Origin: Gemmata obscuriglobus | Lineage (GTDB): Bacteria > Planctomycetota > Planctomycetia > Gemmatales > Gemmataceae | NCBI RefSeq assembly: GCF_008065095.1 | Contig: NZ_CP042911.1 | Span: forward strand, 7,590,001-7,622,000 | DNA: 32,000 nt | Reading direction: 5' to 3' | Notes under the pieces: generated by a model | The model's database searches: none | Told to the model about the DNA's origin: nothing | The model's input: only the letters and a program-made list of their open reading frames with translations | Shown here: in pieces, positions 29,521 to 32,000 of the stretch | Layout of the letters: the number at the start of each line of letters is the position of its first letter | Numbering within the stretch: position 1 is the stretch's first letter | Translations under genes and position numbers: made by a program

Positions 29521-30368
29521 GCCGCGTTCCTCACCAGGAGCACTTCCTCATTCGCCGCCGCGTTGGTCTGCTTGCGGCCGCGGAACCGGTGCCAGGTCCA
29601 CAGCGGTTCCGGGTACAGCTCGCGGATCAGCGGGTGGTCATAGTACCGCACCACGATTCGACACGTCTTGAAGCCGGCGAGCTTCTTCGCCAGCCGCCGC
29701 TGATCCTGCTCGGTGAAACTAAACTTGTAGCCGTCGCCGGCGTCCGGGAACGGCGGGTCCAGGTACAGCGCGTGCCCGGCCGCGTCCTTCACCTCGAGCA
29801 GGAACTTGAACACGTCCAGCCGCACGAAGCAGCAACACCGCATGACGCCGAGCCATGATTCGAGGCCGGCGGTCGCGTTGCGGAACCGGACGACCGAGTC
29901 CCCGCCGCCGGCGTCCCACCGGACCGATTGGCCGACGTCGAACTCCCCCTTCGTGCCCGCGCACCCGTTGCGGGCCATCCAGGCGCAGACAAAGTAGTCG
30001 ACGGCCCAGTCCAGGTCCGGGATCCCGGTGCGGAGCTCGTCCCCGAACCAGGCGCCGTCCTGGGCGTCCTCACGATCGCGGCACCGGGCCTGGGCGGCGG
30101 CGAGCACGTCCGGGTGGTACGGGAGCGCGTCCAGCCGCTCCCGGAGCTGCGGGTTGGTGCGCGGGTTCCCGGCCGTCAGGGCCAGGTTCAGGACGTGCGT
30201 GTGCAGGTCGCCCACCACGACCGACGACGCCTGGATGTGCAGTAATTCGCTCATTCCGCCGGCGAACGGCACGCCGACCCAGCGGCACCCGGCCAGGGCC
30301 GCCCCCACGTTTTCGGCGAGAGTGCGGTTGCTGCCGAACCATGGTGCGAGTGCGGTGACCTTGCTCAT
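29517..30368 (-). CDS. DNA methyltransferase (Dam / D12-class-like; DPPF motif)
   Basis: ATG at 30368 inside track ORF 29517-30557. MSKVTALAPWFGSNRTLAE...HALYLDPPFPDAG. The start overlaps the upstream stop (ATGA). Confidence 0.65.
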   Translation of the reverse strand: MSKVTALAPWFGSNRTLAENVGAALAGCRWVGVPFAGGMSELLHIQASSVVVGDLHTHVLNLALTAGNPRTNPQLRERLDALPYHPDVLAAAQARCRDREDAQDGAWFGDELRTGIPDLDWAVDYFVCAWMARNGCAGTKGEFDVGQSVRWDAGGGDSVVRFRNATAGLESWLGVMRCCCFVRLDVFKFLLEVKDAAGHALYLDPPFPDAGDGYKFSFTEQDQRRLAKKLAGFKTCRIVVRYYDHPLIRELYPEPLWTWHRFRGRKQTNAAANEEVLLVRNAA

Positions 30369-30610
30369 GCGTCCCCCGTTTCCGTCCGCGACCACAGGAT
30401 CAGGCCGACGTGCACCGGGCCGCCGTGTGGGGCTTGCACCGTGGCCCGGAAGTGCTGCATCCGGCCGTCGGCGGCCGCGACCGCGCGCCAGTTGGGGAGC
30501 GCGGCGTCGAGCCCGGCCCGGACGTCCCGCAGCACCGCGGCCCGGGGCTGGTTGCAATTGATCGTCGGCAGGACCAGGCCCAGCGCCGCGATCAGGTCGT
30601 TCAGGCTCAT
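30365..30610 (-). CDS. hypothetical protein (81 aa)
   Basis: ATG at 30610 inside track ORF 30365-30775. MSLNDLIAALGLVLPTINCNQ... ATGA overlaps at both ends. Confidence 0.5.
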   Translation of the reverse strand: MSLNDLIAALGLVLPTINCNQPRAAVLRDVRAGLDAALPNWRAVAAADGRMQHFRATVQAPHGGPVHVGLILWSRTETGDA

Positions 30611-30768
30611 GCCGCGGCCCCCACGTTCCAGTCGCCCAGGTACACCACGTGCCGGACCGGCCCGCGGCCCCAGGCGCCCACCAGCTCGGCCAGCCCCACC
30701 CGGCACACGCCCGCCGCCCCGAGGTCGACCGGCGTGGCCGGCTCGACGATGCGCAGGATCAGGGTCAT
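30607..30768 (-). CDS. hypothetical protein (53 aa)
   Basis: ATG at 30768, in the frame of track ORF 30607-31965. MTLILRIVEPATPVDLGAAG... ATGA overlaps at both ends. Confidence 0.4.
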   Translation of the reverse strand: MTLILRIVEPATPVDLGAAGVCRVGLAELVGAWGRGPVRHVVYLGDWNVGAAA

Positions 30769-32000
30769 GCGGCACCCGCCTTCCGCTTGCCCTTCGGCTT
30801 CGGGGCCGCGGCGGCCGCGGGAGCGCTCCTCGCGCTCTCCCAGTCCACCAGCGCGTCGCCGGCCTGGTAGACCACGTCGGGCGGCACCCCGAGCTCCTTG
30901 AGCGCGGTGTACCGGTTGGCGGCCCCGTTCGGCCGGGCCGCGCCCCCGTCCCCGCGCTTCAGCCGCTCCACGACCGCGTCGAGGTCCGCGACGGTGTTCA
31001 CGCCCTTGGTCGCGAGGTGGGCGGCGGCCTGCTCCGGGAAGTTCGGGACGCCGTCCCAGGTGACGAGTGCGACCGGTGCGGGCGCCGGCACCCCGCCCCC
31101 GGCCGACTTCTTCTTGTCCTTCTTCTTGGAGGCCTTCGCGGCCTTCTTCTCGGCCGCGGCGTCCTGGGTGAGCGTCTTGCGGTCGATCCCGAACGCGGCG
31201 AAGAACGCCCGCTCCTCTTTGCTGACGTTGTCCCGGGCGTACTCGCTCGCCCAGCTCAAGGTGCGGTAAGTGGCGGCCAGTTCGGCGATCAGGGCGATCA
31301 GGTCCCGGGGCTCGGCGAGCGTGAACGCGAGTGCGGAGACCGCCTCGCGGTGCGCGTGCGGGTCTTTGAGCGGGAGGCCCCGGCGCTTGGCCACCGCCCG
31401 GCACACGTCGGACCCGCCGAAGCTCGCGACCGTCGCGGCCACGTGCTGGAGGAGCGGGACCCCGCCCTGGAACACCGGGAAGCCCGGCGGGAGCTTTTCC
31501 TTGACCCGGGCCGCGACGAGCCCGTTCGCGACCGCGGCCGCGGCCCGGCCGAGTTCGGCCTTCTTCTTCCGCTCCCGCTGCTCCTTCAGCCACTTGTCGT
31601 TGGACCCGGATAAGCTGGACCGCACCCCGATCTTGTATTTCGCCTTCAGCACCGTGTCGGCGAGGTCCTCCTTGACCAGCTCGAACGGCTTCCCGGTCTT
31701 CGGCCCGACCGCGATCGCCACCTGGTCGTCGGCCACGTGCCCCTTGAGGAGCGCCCCGTACGTGCGCTTCTCCTTGTCCTGGTAGCAGGTCGCGGCCAGG
31801 TCGACGTACCCGGACCGGTAGGCGAGGGAGTCGTCGCCGTACCGGTTGAACAGCTTCTCGGCGTCCTTCTTCGAGAGGATCGTCTTGCCGCTCGCCTTCG
31901 CCGCCTCGACCACCCGCGTGTTCCACACCTCTTCCTTGGCCCGGTAGCACTCCGGGTCCAGGCACATGTCGGCCCGCACCTTGGCTTCCACCGCGTCCGG
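30765..32000 (-). CDS. hypothetical phage protein, 5' end probably outside the window
   Basis: Track ORF 30765-31991 (408 aa), but the frame stays open to the window edge. Lys-rich linker KKAAKASKKKDKKK. It occupies the position upstream of the methyltransferase where ParB-like proteins often sit (inference only). Confidence 0.6.
   Translation of the reverse strand, partial: PDAVEAKVRADMCLDPECYRAKEEVWNTRVVEAAKASGKTILSKKDAEKLFNRYGDDSLAYRSGYVDLAATCYQDKEKRTYGALLKGHVADDQVAIAVGPKTGKPFELVKEDLADTVLKAKYKIGVRSSLSGSNDKWLKEQRERKKKAELGRAAAAVANGLVAARVKEKLPPGFPVFQGGVPLLQHVAATVASFGGSDVCRAVAKRRGLPLKDPHAHREAVSALAFTLAEPRDLIALIAELAATYRTLSWASEYARDNVSKEERAFFAAFGIDRKTLTQDAAAEKKAAKASKKKDKKKSAGGGVPAPAPVALVTWDGVPNFPEQAAAHLATKGVNTVADLDAVVERLKRGDGGAARPNGAANRYTALKELGVPPDVVYQAGDALVDWESARSAPAAAAAPKPKGKRKAGAA

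Larger units (their letters stand above)
1..32000 (-). mobile_element. prophage-like gene set (packaging and early genes), fragmented by the two cassette arrays
   Basis: Portal, both TerL halves, TerS-like gene, J-domain protein, methyltransferase and small overlapping genes all lie on the minus strand. TerL is in two pieces 16 kb apart. Confidence 0.6.

Noticed and set aside
28277-30775. N-terminal extensions of track ORFs 28277-29251, 29517-30557, 30365-30775 and 30607-31965.
   Set aside because: The extensions overlap the upstream gene in another frame and are Arg/Gly/Pro-rich. Internal starts that overlap the preceding stop by 4 nt give proteins beginning with recognisable domains.
1-32000. 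Search for an integron integrase or any tyrosine or serine recombinase, transposase, tRNA or rRNA.
   Set aside because: No ORF in the track or in my own reading shows recombinase or transposase hallmarks. No tRNA-like or rRNA-like sequence was recognised. The arrays are therefore reported as lacking an integrase within this window only.

Overview
This is a high-GC window, probably from a Gemmata-like planctomycete. That inference rests on recalled TIGR02996 (LVYADWLDE) and TIGR03067 signatures; nothing was searched. All homology calls are from memory, and all coordinates were counted by hand from the printed sequence.

The backbone is a prophage-like gene set on the minus strand:
- a partial gene at the right edge, then two small genes, a Dam-like methyltransferase, a J-domain protein and a TIGR02996 protein, all joined by overlapping start and stop codons;
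- a TerS-like gene and the ATPase half of the large terminase (TerL);
- much further left, the TerL nuclease half;
- at the left edge, a portal gene that is absent from the ORF track because it runs off the window.

This module is interrupted by two plus-oriented integron-type cassette arrays: A (2881-9922) and B (11237-25727).
- Each array starts with a homologous ~450-bp leader ending in GTTCGGC.
- Together they contain 12 + 28 complete ~90-nt attC-like folded palindromes (GCCGAAC ... GTTCGGC). Each has an R box, a 5-nt unpaired spacer, an L box with two extra bases on one arm, and a variable loop.
- No integrase is visible in the window.
- 25 cassettes carry one small plus-strand ORF each. 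Several resemble orphan immunity proteins, exported proteins or lipoproteins, and many use a stop codon supplied by the attC.
- 15 cassettes belong to one paralogous, A-poor, G/T-rich non-coding family. Each is built from a conserved head, 0-3 tandem ~101-103-nt modules and one of two tail types. This family is the most unusual thing here.

Blocks of cassettes are duplicated with edges exactly at the GTTCGGC core. Array B and a repeat-dense, lower-GC island (25728-26711) lie between the two halves of TerL.

Most long ORFs in the track that cross the G/T-rich cassettes, or lie antisense to real genes, are compositional artefacts.
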